64,000 bases of DNA from Haliotis rufescens (GCF_023055435.1 NW_025963779.1:14632001-14696000); one strand, 5' to 3'. Positions 25,801 through 40,800 are shown, counted from the first letter of the stretch. The notes: a model not told the origin generated them from the sequence alone. A program made the numbers and translations.

Positions 25801-28800
25801 TTATTTAGTTTCGTTTGTAAAACGTGTCTTGTGACTGCACTATTAAGTTCCAGTTATAGTAAATTTGTAAAGTTGAATAATCTCTGATGAAAATAGTAGT
25901 TACACTTTTGACCAAATGTTTATAAACCCTACAAATTAGTTTAAGTGTACCAAAAATAAGCTGAATCATTTGTCATTATACTTGTATGTACACCAATGTA
26001 TGTTTGGAAAACAAACGGACGGTGCGAGTTTCATCGTGTTTGCCCACACAGACACCCCACTCAGACAAAGTATAGTATACTAACCCTGAACCGACCAGCC
26101 CGTGTTTTATCCCCTTTTTTATCCCATGAATGCCGAGCCCCGGGTAACATAAAGTACCATCTTATCACGATTTTTTGGTATGACGCGACCGGGGATCGAA
26201 CCATTGACTGCCTTGAGTGAAATAGTGATCTTTCCAAAATGTCCATAAGTATACTTTAGGCAATCTTTCCAATTCTTTGGATAAGATATTATCCTTTGGA
26301 AATAACTTTTATTTCACATTCCAAGGTAATCATGAAAAAGCTTTATATAAAGTAACATTAAATATTACTTTGACTTTGCTTGACCAATAGTGTAAGCTTA
26401 GAACCAGCAATGAAAAGTAATACTTGACAATACATGATTACGAGTTATTTATTCCATATGGATCCAGGACAAGACCGAACTTATGATGTAAAATCTTTTA
26501 ATTTCAGTGTTTCTAGCTGTACGTCGTACAAAATAAGTGCAGACATTGATACCAGAAACAAGCTCGAGGTGCTGGAGTTAAATTTCCCTGAACGAGTAAA
26601 TGGCGAGTGTACGAGTGACTACATAACAGTACATGACGGTGAGTGGATTTCCTTACTTCATTTTAACCACTTCTGGTGGATCCTTTAACTCGCAATATAA
26701 CGTATGATCGTGTTATAGATTCCCGCTACTGTTTTATGCAAGGAATGTATCATATTGTTGTATTTGGCGGATTTATCTTCGTTTGACATTGTGTTGTGTG
26801 ATGTATCCTACAGTAGAACACGGATTTAACGAACACGGATAGAACGAACAAACGGATACCACGAACAGTTACATAATCCCCGATGTATCTCCTGTATATT
26901 ATCATATAAAATTTACTTACATAACGAACTCTCTACCGCGGACTAACGTATATAGCATTACATTCACACTGTCTGTCTGTCTTAGAGATCTACTACAACG
27001 TCCACAATCTGGCGTCTATATTTTTCATCTGTGAAGCTTAAGGTACATACAACTATAAACACGTAGGGTATCAGTTGGTGAATGAGTTGGGTTTGCGGCT
27101 TTGAAAAGTATTCAAGGTATATCACGGCGTGTCAGTTAGATGCAGGTGGAAAGGCCGAAGTGAAGGCCACAGACGTTTACCACTGACGTAAAACCCATGA
27201 GTGAGCGAGTGAGTGAGTGAGTTAAGTTTAACGCCGCTTTTAACAGTATTCCAGTTATATCGCGTGTCAGCTTAATGTGGGAAGACAGCCCGAAGTGATG
27301 CAGGTCTCAGACGTTTACCACTTCGGTGAAACCCACGAGCACGGGTATGGTGCTCATAAACCTGGAAACGTAATTGGGGTGAACCTGGACTCGAACCCAC
27401 AATCATAGGTTTCTGGCGTGCCCAAGGGACGCAACTCTGCACAGCGACTCGCGGCGCCTTAGACGACTGGGCCACCCGTGTCCCCGGTAAAACCCATGAC
27501 TGGGCTATAGGTTATGACGTCACATGACTAATTAATGTTGTAAGCGGTTAATTGTTCCACTGAAAACTCAACTTTGTTATTGCCTCTCTTGATGATATAC
27601 AATACAATGTAGTGCAACATGTACGAATTTGAATGTATCTACCGGAATCACAATATGATGTTATTATTCTAAAAAACAACGTTTTTCTTTAAGGTAACAA
27701 ATTGTTAATAAGAATAATAAGAATAAAATAATAATAATGATAATACTTAATACATTTATTAGTCTGATGATCCTCTTGTGAAGCATATCAAGACTCATGA
27801 TGAAAACAAGGCATTCCACAGTTTTCTTAAACGAGCCAAGGATGTGGGACATAATCTCAATGTCAGTGTTGATTTTCGTGATAGTTCTGTACTGCTGGAC
27901 GGTACAGAAATGTGTGTCGACCAGCGAAGTGTCATATCAAATCGTCCCAGACTCCAGGAGAGGCTATCTGAACGACCACTGCATCGATTTTATGTGCAGT
28001 GTGTTGAGATGATCAGGAACCCTACAGAGTCCTTCGCTTGGATGAAGTCGGCTGGCCTGAAAAGAGAAACCGAAGTCTTTCTGTTTGCTGCTCAGGACCA
28101 GTCACTTTCCACTCGAAACCGTCAATGTGTGATTTTGCATCAAAATGTAAATGTGAAATGAAGATTCTGCAATGAATTTAATGAGACTGTCCAACACATT
28201 GTCAGTGGATGTCCAGCTTTGGCACAAACACAGTAACTTAAGCGACTTGATGGTGTAGCTCGATCATTTTATTACCGTCTTCGCCATGCATGTGGTTTTG
28301 ACACACAGGTCCACCCACAGTACGACCCGGATTATGTAGAGGGCGTCATGGAAATTGATAAATACAAAATTCTTTGGAATAGGCCCGTATACAGCGTCAG
28401 ACGTGTCCAGGCCAACAAACCCGATCTGGTCCTTTTTGATAAATCCAATGAAATAAAAAAAATATATCATTGAATCTGTTGACTGCATTGGGAGAGTACC
28501 CGGGTTTGCTGCCAGGAATACAGCCCTTTTGTTAATCTGGGTAATACAGAAGGCTGCAATGTTGGGGAGTTTCACATTCTCCGAAAAGTTCTCGGTGGGT
28601 TCGACCGAGCAAGCACTTCCTTGGAGAAGTCCCCTTCGCTCTCTGGGCTTCGTGTAGAGGGGGCATGGGCGAGGAGCTGATAATGAACATACAGCCATGA
28701 TGTGCCAGGATCACCCAAACCCTCTTTGCTGTATTTATTTATTTTAATCTGAAAATAAACGTGAATGCGTGAAATACGTGAATGGATATTAACTTGTAAC

Positions 28801-31800
28801 GTTCAAGGATATGTGTCTTTAGTCTTAACTTGAACATGACAGAGTAGGAGCGGATTTGAGGAAGAGAGATCCATAGTGAACAGCGTATTGGTACGAAGGA
28901 GTAGTAATAAGACTTGAGCCTGTATGATGGGATACCGAGTAGGAGCTTATCGCGGAGTAGAATTGCACGGACACGCCATCAGATCTCGGAGATTTTACTC
29001 CGCTGACGCTGACTCACGCTCTCAAGCATTTAATTGCCTGACTCGATTACGTACAGTCTGCATGATGCACATTGCAACGTGAATGTTACTGAAAACACAA
29101 TATATCACTCACTCTATACAGATGATATCTTGCATGATTGTCTGTGTTTTATAGGGTGGTACAACACATCCATACCACTCAAGTCCATCAACACTCAAAA
29201 TTTCCGGTTCTGTGGTAAGGAACTGCCGACGTTCGTGAGCCCCAGGTTCTTCATGTTTGTCCAATTCCACAGTACACAAGCAACAACAAACAGCAGCTTC
29301 CGGATGAGATATTTGGAAGGAATATTTGCGGGTAATGTAAACCTTTCATTGCTTCAATGACTCTAACACCGAGTCCACCTCTACAGAGTATGTATTCACA
29401 GGCGATGGAAGAACGTAGTGTTGTTGAACGTATTGGAATATTGACGATGAATGGAACACTATCCATTTGGTGGGTCAATGGGAATAATTATTCCATTTGG
29501 GTGTTCCTGGGGTAGTATACAAGAAGGGCCCACATGCATGCCGTACAAATAAACTTTGACTATCAGGGTGGTTATATTAATCACTCAAGGCAAGGAATAA
29601 CTGACTATATAAAGGCCAGTCTCCACCCTTGCCGAACTAGGCTGGAAATTATGGAGTTACATATTAACTGGACTAACGAGTCTATCCATAGTCCAATCAT
29701 AATCGCGTAACGAAATCGATGAGAAGTGGAATCTGATAAGTCAATAGGAGGGACATAGAAGGGACATAACTCGTAATAGCCACTGGTGGTGCTACGATCG
29801 TGCCCAGAAATTCCAGCCTAGTTTGGCAAGGGTGGAAACTGGACTTTAAGTTAACTCCAGTGCCTCGGGAAGATGACATTGTTTGACCTGGCTGATTTTA
29901 TGGTAATGTAGTCCGACAGCTTTCCTAATGCAGCAAGTCACCACTTTGCTGCGTCTCAATCACTTACAGGTAGTCTTGTCGACTTATACATGTAGCTTTA
30001 ACATGTGGCTGATTGCGGTGTAAAACAGCATTCACTCACTTGTTCACTTACACACTCAGACCAGGAATAAGAAGTCACATAAATGAATGAATGCTCCTCT
30101 GATTTACAAAGGCAATGGCCCAGACAAAACCTTCCTATCACATTGTAATTATTGCGTCTACGTTTCTCACAAACGTTTGAAAAGTTAAAACTACACCTGA
30201 TAACATATTGTTACCGGGTCTATTAATATAACATACTAAAATTTACTGTTTTAAAGTACTGTTGTACTACAGCTTTTTTATCATATTTGAAATATCAGTG
30301 ACCGAGGAAATGAAGACTGAACGAAATCGAATCACAACATCATTTTAGCCCGAAAGTGGACATATGTATTAGAATACATGTTTTATAATAATGTATTCAA
30401 ATAAGTTTCTTTTATCAGTTGGGAGCATTTCGAACGAAGATAATGTCTAGACACAAATTAGTGACTTGCCTCAAACAGGGTCATTGCAATTGCCTATGTG
30501 TAATGTGGGTATTGCTCAGGTGATCAGTGAATGTATATGATACATTTTGAATTTACAGTGACCAAATGTTTAATCATATAGGATGGGATAGAAAATTGGA
30601 CCACTCCAGTCTCCGTTTAAACGATATATTTAATATATAATTGTTCATATATCTGCAGATTCTGTATTTATGCTATACACATATAACTGCAGCAGAAGAG
30701 TTATAAGTTTTATGTTAAAGTTATGCATACTTTAATAACTATTTGTTTTGTAATTCAGATGAATTTGTGTCTCCCTGTGGCGGGTCACTGATTGCGACTG
30801 ATGAAGTTCAGAACATTACATCACCAAGTTATCCAAACAGTTATAGAGGGTATGCCTCTTTTTTAATTATTTAAACTTCACTTGTTCCTATTGCCTTTTG
30901 GTATCTAAAGTTATAGTTTCAACTCACCAGAATGCCAAGCTTGCTTACGCTCCCCGCACATTTACTGCAATGTAAACAAATCAAGTATGGTGATGATACT
31001 TTGGTACAACACTGTAACATACTCTCCATTGACTGCTAGTGATAAAACAGTTTTGGAACCAGCACTTACGGTCCAACATACCCAAAACATTGCACATGGA
31101 TTATGCAATTCCCTCTGGTCATTCTTGATTTTGACACTTCAGTGGAAGGTGGTCAAATCGCTCTGAGCCATTAGTATTGCTAGTTTTCGTTAGTTCGCCG
31201 ACTACAACGTGAGGAACTCCAAAGGAATATTAACATTCTTCAAACTGGCATAACTCAGCAAGAGGTAGCCAATACGTTCAATGTGTCTCCGTCTGTGAAT
31301 AGGTTCCTGCGGACACAAAATGTTCCTAATCGGTCCCGCATATGGATTCCTAGGCCAACAACACAGGTCCATGATCGATTTATCAGAAATCAGGCGATAC
31401 GAAATCGAGCCCAAACAGACAATCAAAACTCAGTTCAGTGGCGCAAGGCCACCGGAGATCAAGTTACTGTCCATACGATACATGCTGCTAATCTGCAGGT
31501 TCGGCCACAACGTGTTGTAACACCGATAACAAATTGACAAATAATAGCCAGACGCCAATGGTGTTTAGAGCGTGGAAATCATCGGAATCGCCGGTGGTCT
31601 CGTGTAATGTATTCGGATGAGTCAAGATTCACTCTGGACGTTATGGAAAGGCGAGGGCGTGTTTGGATGCGTCCTTACGAACGTCAGTCGAACGTCAACA
31701 TAAGGAAACATGAAAGTAAGGGGGTGGGTCTGTAATAATATAGGCGGGATCACTCTGACTGCCAGAACGCATTGGAGAGTATTGCCGATACTGACGCCAA

Positions 31801-34800
31801 TAGTTGTTCCGTTTACGCGCCATGCTGGGCGACCTTTCGTCTCTCAAGACGATAACGCACGTGCCCACCGTACACGTATTTTAACTAACTACCTCCAGCA
31901 GCAAAACATCACCAGAATGCAATGGCCAAACATGAGTCCTGACATTTACCCCAGAGATCATGCCTGGGACATGTACGCCAAAATCTAAGGCCGACGTCGA
32001 AGGATAGCAGCGCTGCAAGAGAACAAGACTCCATCAAATTGTTTTTGGGGAGATTGATTCGGACCATGCCACGCCGTATAAACGGCGAGTCAAGTCATAA
32101 TCATTTTGCAACAATGTATTATTTGCGGCAGACAATTTCGGCTTATTTTAAAGTCCTATAGAATCTCAGTCGCGCCGCCGATCTATCCATTGTTACATAT
32201 CTTGTAAAATGTACTTTCTGTCAGTTGGTCCTCTTTCTTTCACGGTCCGAAGGCTGACAGCAACTTGACTTTTGAACTGTTAAATAACTACCTATTCCGA
32301 TGAGCTACATGTACTGTGTCGCGCCACTATTATTATTTTACAACTGCATGTTACAAGGACGTATGTAATTTTTCATGTCTAATGTTGAATGACTTTTTCA
32401 CCAGGTTCTTAGGTTGTACATGGACCATTACAGCAACAGATAGTACCAAGATGGTACGGCTCATCACAACTGACTTTCAACTGCTTGAACGTCCTTATCC
32501 TTATAGTTGTGGTCTTACTTATTTGAGAATATACGACGGTGAGTAGACATATATTTATGTGATATGTACTAGATAGATGCGAGCACGACATACTTCGGTG
32601 AGTGAGCATGGTTTTACACCGCTTTTGAAAATATTCCAGGAATATAACGGCGGTGGACATCTGAAACTGGTTTCACACATTGTATCCATGTGGCAAACCA
32701 AAATCTGTCCCATCGGCGTGTCGAGCAAATGCTTCAAACGCCGGCTACCCCGCCGGCTCTTGCACGTCCTGCCATGTCAACTTAATGAACAAATATAGTG
32801 AGTTTGGGTGAGATGCCCATCCAAGAGCGTACCCACAAAATCCCAAACACTTTCTGTATACCATTTATATTCTACTTTATGAAACAAATCAACATGTTAT
32901 AATGGTAAGCAATGCGCATACAAAATATCATCAGATGTAAAACACCCTCAGACCACCCACCCCGTCCCCCCACACCCGATCCCCTCTGGATCCACCGCTG
33001 TGCAATCAGTGCTTCATTCGGCATTTTTTCTCTGAGAGGAGGAGTCGCCTAGCATGACCATTTTACCATTTAGTTTTTACAACCTGTGAGCAAAGTAGAT
33101 TTTTTTCGAGAACAACTTTGTTAGGATTTGTTCATATTGCTTTTACACACGTATTGTGTTAATTGAGCCGCTTGTTCCAGGTGACGGCAACGGCACCAAC
33201 TACGTCGCAGAATGTGAAAAACAGGCGTTGATGCAACACCAGAGCACCCAAAACAAAATGACAGTGGTACTAGAAGCATATGGTTATGCCAATGCATTCA
33301 GTCTTCAGTACACTCAAACAGCAGGTAACTACACAAAATAATTGTTTATCATTGATAAAAGATTAAAGATTATTCAGTGTATGTGTGTTTACGCAGCAAT
33401 ATCGGAGGTTAACCCCGGCTGAATAAACGCGTAAGTGTGGCCCACTTGGAGTCGTGCCAGAACCATCCCGTAATGAATCCAAGATCATCTTCTCAAGGCA
33501 AGGGAGTTAACTGAAAGTCCAGTTTCCACCCTTGCCGAAGTAATATCCCTCTTATTGACCAATCAGATTCCACTTCTCATATCACTTGCATTTTGCTTCA
33601 AAGAAAATGGCGCCGCCAAGTCAAAACGATTTGATCGATAATCAATATCTATATTGTAATAAAACGGGTGAGCACCTTGATTAAAAACATGAACATATTT
33701 TGAAATTATATGTTGACGCCGAGTTGGCGATACACATGCTTTGCAAATCGTGCATTCGACCAAAATCTGCAAAGCCGTTTAAGAACCGGATGTCGATTTC
33801 GTTCCGAAATTATGATTGGATTATGGCTAGCCTCGTTAGTCAAGCCAATATATAACTCCATAATTCCAGCCAAGGCTGGCAACTGGTTTTATGTAGTCAG
33901 ATAACTCCTTTGCCTTGGGAAGATGTCGAAGATCCTTGCTTGGTCTGTCAAGAGGCCATACCTCGTAGGTTCATCATAAAAACGTTTTCTCTTTGGGATG
34001 TGATGTCATATTAAACTGACGCTAAGTGATACAGTAATTGTTTTATCAACTCACTCTGTAATAATACATTTCATGTACTTGTACATACACTGTGTCTCTT
34101 TACATGTACACCTTTTCAAGTTTCCTGACCATCAATGTAACGCCAGGTTCTACAAATGGCATTGATTTAGTTTTTAATTATTGTAAGACGTTGTATATTC
34201 CTCTAGGATGATCGGGTCCCTTCATTTTATATCAAGAGTGAGTGAGTTGGATTTAACGCCGCTTCGAACATTATTCCAGTTGCGATCATGGCGTGTCTGC
34301 TTGATGGGGGAGGAAAGCCCGAAATAATGCAGGTCTTAGTCGTTTACCGCTTTGGGGAAACTCACGAGCACGGGTATGGTGCTGACAAACCTAGAAACAT
34401 AATCGGACTGAACCACAGGTTTCTGTCGTGGCCAAGGGATGCAACTCTTAGCGGAGCCTTAGACCACTTGGCCACCGTGCCCCCTATATATACAAAGGAC
34501 TTTTGGTAAAGGAACGTTACGAATGATCGTAGGTCGTGGGCCACTTCATTGTACACAAAGAAGCCGAGGAACCAGCTGAATGAATACTTTACTCAAATAA
34601 CTATTACAATGGAACAGCATCAAAATATTTCACAAGATAATCACTTTCGGTTTCTGTATTCGAGTAAGACGATGTCACTTTGTGAATAAAAATACACGTG
34701 TTTCGTCGAGAATTATTATTAATAAATAACGTGTTAGTCTGAACTTCTTTTCGTGTGTATATGTATGAGTTGATGTCTTCTAGAAAAGATGATGACCACT

Positions 34801-37800
34801 AGCGATACACATATTTTTTTTCAGATCTGTTGTCATGTGATCATATAAAGGACATCGGCGATTACGGTTCAATTAAGTTTCCTGGAAGTGTGGAGGGACC
34901 AGTGCAGTAAGTATAATCTGGATAAACCGTGTTCACATCTGGGAACATAATTCCACTTCGAATATCAGTCTAATAAGTGTTTGTTCATTGTAATTCCTGA
35001 AAACTGATTTGTTGAATGGATCACAATCTTGTTATGTATTTCCCAATTGAATGAGCGAAAAACAATGCGCAGCACACACCAAAAAGGAATATTCTCCCAA
35101 CAGTGGATTGTCGGGTTATCCCAATGCAAGTTGGGGGAATTCTACTGCTGCCCCACTGTATCCTATGAGCCATAGGCCAATACCCGTGTACAACGCTTGG
35201 TATACCACACAGTTCACTTTTTCTTGTCCGACATATGTCACAATGTCAAATGTAGAAAATAGAAAACATCAGCGCCAGAGAATATTCAGTCCGGGTATCT
35301 ACCGAAACAAATTCCTTTGGGTGTTAGAGGACAAAATAACGATGAAAGATTATTTGCTGAATAATGAATGGATCACTGACAATCAACATGTGTTATCGCA
35401 AGATATGCCCTGTTGAGGGTGATACAAGACCAGGACATACATCCACGAGAGACAATTGTATGGTCGAGGTCGTGGTGATACTAGCTATTGTGAAGTGTTT
35501 ATTGTGGGCTGCACAGAGTGAGCTCAAATACATTGCAGTGTTCATGCAAAAAGATCTAATGTGTGGTGATTATGATATATTAAACTCATGATAGTACAAT
35601 GTCATATGTCAGAGCCTCGTTTAGAGGATTGACAATGTGCCAGTGGCTATCAATGGTGCCGCCCTGGTCAGTTCTCTCTCTGAAGAAAAATTAAAGTCAT
35701 TGTTTCACTCTAACCGGCATCATATTGTCAATAGACCTAAGGGTATCTTATAACATTATAAACACCATAACAATTTGCCGAAACAGATCCAGTCATGTAC
35801 CACCTACTACCTTCGTGTCACATCTGGGAGCATGGCAGAATTGCGTCTCATGCCAGAAACCTAAGATTGTGGGTTCGAATCCCGGTTCACCCCGATTATG
35901 TTTCTAGGTTTGTCAGTACCATTCCCGAGCTCGTGTGTTTTATGAAAGTGGTAAACGTCTGAGACTGGCATCACTTACGACGTTTCTCCAACAACAAGAT
36001 GACATGCTGTGATATAACATGAATACTGTTCACAGTAGCGTTTACCACATTTTACTCACTCACTCACATTTATCGAAGCTACGAGTGATGGCTTCGAGAT
36101 TAGGTACACAATGATATTCATGTAAGGTTACAAAAATGAATATCCTGTACGTAGCTGCAATCGTCATGCAGCACACTCGCAGAAGCAGAATTTGCGAGAC
36201 GTTGTCGTTGTCATTATGTTTGTGTACATCAATAGCATTATTTCTCGCGTATCTTTTGTCAGGTCGATTTCCAAAACATTGCTTCGTCAGCTAAATGATT
36301 TATGAACACATGTGACATAAACTAGCCAATGACTTGCACGTGAAAACCGATTTCTCAGTTCCCCAAGAAAACAAGCCTGCAACCGACAGTTTATCCATAT
36401 ATTTTTTGGCCAGATTTACCTTTGTAGGAGTTAACTAATTAAAATGCTTCTTCACATTCAAACTATTTCCAGAGGCCGTTCCTGCTCATGGTTGTTGAGA
36501 AGAACATCGATGAAGGACGACAGATATCTTAAACTGACGATTAATTCGACTGCTTTAATTCAAAGCCCAAATTGTACAAAGGATTACATTAGTGTATACG
36601 ATGGTATGTTTTATATATTGAACAATAATATTATACTTGAGTGAGAAGGAGGGAGAAAGAGAGAGAGAGAGTGTTTGACGCCTGAATATTTCATCCAGCT
36701 GTATCCCTGCTACATGGGAGACCAGCCTATCAATAATGAGCAACGCCAGGGTACATCTTCCCGAGGCAAAGGAGTTGACTGAAAGTTGGGCTTGATCCTA
36801 GCGCCACCAGTGGCTATTACGAGTTATGTCCCCTCTATGTCCCTCCTATTGACCAAACATATTCTCATATTACTCGCATTTGCTTCGAACAAAATGGCGG
36901 CGCCCAGTCAAGACGATTTGATCGATAATCAAGATCTATTTTGTAACAAAACGGGTTTTACTTTGCAATGTGCCTCAAATCACGTGACCACCTTGTTTAA
37001 AAAATTGAAAGGATTAGGAACATATATGTTGACGCCGTGTTGGTGGTACACATGCTTTGCAAGGCAGTTTACGAACCGGATGTCGATCTCATTACGCTAT
37101 TTTGATTGGACTTTGGACAGACTCGTTAGTCCCGTTAGGGGTGGAAACTGGCCTTATATAGTAAGTTAACTGACTTGCCTCGGGAAGATGTCAGGGTACG
37201 CCAGCACGCCGTCACCAAGCCATCACCATATCTCATGGTCATCGATCAAAAGAGAGAAAGTTCGAGAGAGAGTTGACGTTGCGACAGAGAGGTCGTTGAT
37301 GCCGAGAAAGCGAAACAGATAGACAGGGACAGACAGATTGAGAAACAACGAGGCTTTCCATACGAACGCACAGGGTCATACATGGAAACAAAATAAATGT
37401 AACATGTTTGGGATAATCTCAATAGAATAGGTTTCTTTCAGCAAAGTGGATATTTAATGTTTGTGTAATTTGTGTTTTCAGGTCAATCATCATCAAGCCC
37501 TTTAATTGGACGCTTTTGTGGTGGGAAAGAATCAGAGCTTTCTATTTTCGGAAACAATGTCTTTATCACTTCAGTCTTGTCAAGTCAAGGATTTTTTTAT
37601 ATTGACTACAATCCAGGTTGGTTAATGGAAATTTGTTTTTGTGCTGACACCTGCTATTTTTGTCATGTCATAGAAAGTAATCAGAGAAAACTGAAAAATT
37701 GTTGCTGAAGTTGATTATGTATGTTTAACCATCACCCTCTCCTGTAACAGTTTGTAAAAGGTATCTGTGGCGGGGTAATTTTGTGTAAACATAAATTAGT

Positions 37801-40800
37801 TCAGTGAATACTGGGGTAAGATATGAATTTGCAACCACATGACCCCACCATGTTTTGTGCCAATTTTCATAGATAAGATGTCTAAGGTACCCATCAGCAG
37901 TTGTGTATTAGGCGATATTTTTAAAATTTAAACAAACAAAATTTTTAATATTAAAACAAATTATATCTTGAGGACAATGTAGAAGTATTCTTTTAGTGCT
38001 GACTAATCGGCAGTACAGTTCATTTTTTCTTATAATATAGCTTACGTAAGATATTTCCAACTGAACATCAAACATGATAAAATCAATTAAGTTTCCTTTG
38101 CTCCTCATTTCATATGGCAATTGAGAGATCACTTGTCACTTTGATGATCTGATTTAACAATGTAAATGTTAAATCGAGAGATTATGATTTTTCTGCATGT
38201 CAGTCATATGACATGCATGAGCGTCATATAACTGAAATACTGTTCAAAGCACGCACTCATTTCATGGGTAAAGATTTGATATATTCATCACATAAATGTA
38301 TTTAGCATTTCTGGCCTCGTGAACAATAGCGCCAAAAAGATATAATAGTGTGCTCGGTAATTCCTTTAGACAACATGGATTTAGCATTCGTCATATACAG
38401 TATAATATATATATCATATCGGTAATTTTTTTTCAAATATAAACCAAGACCTCAAATATGTCGAGCATTATATGTTGGTAATAACTGACAAAGCCTTTCT
38501 CTGGAAAGGTAGACATACCCGTGCGGTTTTACGACTATCTTGATAATGTGAGTACGTGTGCGTGTTCGTGTTTGTGTGCTTGTGCTTTTGCTCGTACTAG
38601 TCCGGACTAATGCCAGTTTCATAGTGCTAGACTACTGAGATACCATGCTGCACTTCTACATGCCCCTGACGTAGTATACTGACTCCCGGCGGACCGGTTC
38701 TTGTTTTTATCCCCTTAATGCGAAGCGCCAGCGAAGGAAAACAATAAGTACCATATTTAAATGTCTTTTGATGTGACGCGGCCGGCATCGAACCGCCGAC
38801 CTTCCGCTCTCCGGGCAAACGCTCTCTCCACTAGGCCACGGAGGTGGTCTATAGACGAGTCATAACGGCTTTTTTTAATTATCAGCTAATGTGATAAGGA
38901 ACGAAACTGACATTTAATTTTTACAAGATCGTTTTTATGTGTGAAACTGTACATCATGACACCGTTGTACAAATTGCCAAATAAATAATGCACAGGGCCA
39001 AACTTTTGGGAAGTCCAATACGTTGATCCGTGTTGCGTCCCTAAGGCGTGCCAGAAACCCATGGTCGTGGGTTCGACTCCCAGTTCGTCCTGATTATGTT
39101 GGTTTGTCAGCACTCTACCCTCGCTCGCGGGCTTCCCCAAATTTGTGAACGTTTAAGACCTGCATCATTTCGGGCTTTCTCCAATATCAAGCTTAAATTT
39201 TGTTCAATGCAGCGGTAAAGAAACGCACTTTGTCCTTCATACACTCCACCAATGGTAAACATATACGCCTAAAAATGAATGTAACCTATACAAATAACAG
39301 ATGTTGATTTATTTTCAGGTTTTACCAGTTTCTTGGGTCAAGATGAGTACCTTTATTCCGACAGGAAAAGCATCCTAACATCTCCAAATTACCCCTTAAA
39401 TTATCCACGGTACTTACATTGTCACTCAGACTGATCTAAATTCGCTTTCTCATTCAAAATTGTTTGTAAGGTTTGAATTCTTATTGTTTAAACTGTTTCA
39501 TTATTACATGATAAAATACTTAACTTTCCGTGGGAATTCAGTGTTTCGTTGATTTGGTTTTGATCACTCACTGGTTTGCCTGGTCCAGACTCGATGTACA
39601 TTCCGCCATTATGTAGACGGAATATTGAGTGCGGCGTTAAAAAATAGTGTAATTACTTCAAATATATACGTCAACGCCAGAGAATACTTAGTCTCAATTA
39701 TCTGCCAAAACAGGTTCTATTGGGCATAAGAAGCAAAATAGTGGTGAAAACTATATGAATTGATCTCTGAAAAGCACTGATATCGCCAGGTGCACCCGCC
39801 ACTCACACACAATTTGCACAAACAAGTAAGTGTTTGTTTGTTTTTCAGGAATGCTGAATTCTCTTGGACACTAAACGCATACGGAGAAAAAATTGTCGTT
39901 GAAGTGATGTCGTCACAGATAGAGATGTCAGAAGGCTGCGTCAACGACAGAGCTGAAGCATACGATGGTAAGCACTATCTAATTATCCTTCAGGCAAATG
40001 AAGTAATGAGTAATGAGTAACGAATGAAATAAAAGCGACAAATCTTTAGAGCTACCAGTTGCAAATGAGGCTGTATCGTGATTAAACGGCGTGACCTGGA
40101 TCATATTCAATGATCACATGACTTTGGTCATCGTATCAACCACTGGTGTGTTCGACCAATTTACTTGAGTGGCTATGCCAAAGCTGGAATAAATGCTAAT
40201 TGTGGTGTAAAAAAAGCATTCACTCTCTCACACATAAATAAGAGCAGCAATATACTTGTTCCAGGTGCGTCAAAGAAAGACAAACTTCTTGGAAAGTGGT
40301 GTGGCACAGAGACGCCATCATTTGAAAGTTCTGGAGGAAAACTGACCATCGTACTGTTTAGCAACGACAACGAAATCGCTGGCAAGGGGTTTCAAATCAA
40401 GTACTACGAGAAAGGTATTTTTACTAAGTAGAAAAGGCGATGATGGGTAGTTGGGATCTCGGCACAATCTGTGAAATCTCTGAAATGGGGATTCATGCAT
40501 AGAATTGATTACATGTAATCCTATGCTTGTCGAAAGAACAACTTGAAAGTTCAGTGGCGGTGATCATAATATAAACCACTGTCTTGTCTGATACAGACTC
40601 AATTATTTACAGTCGTAAATAGCGTGAAAATTAATCGGTGTGAAATATAAGTAGCAAAGAAAGAAGGTGATGGACACCGAATGTAGGCCTTTATATATTA
40701 TCGCTTTTATTTTGTGTTGGTGTTGCTTTTCACGTGATGGAGAAACACAAATTGTTTTTCAACAGTAGAGCGTTTGTATCACCGTGAAAACAGAATATGG

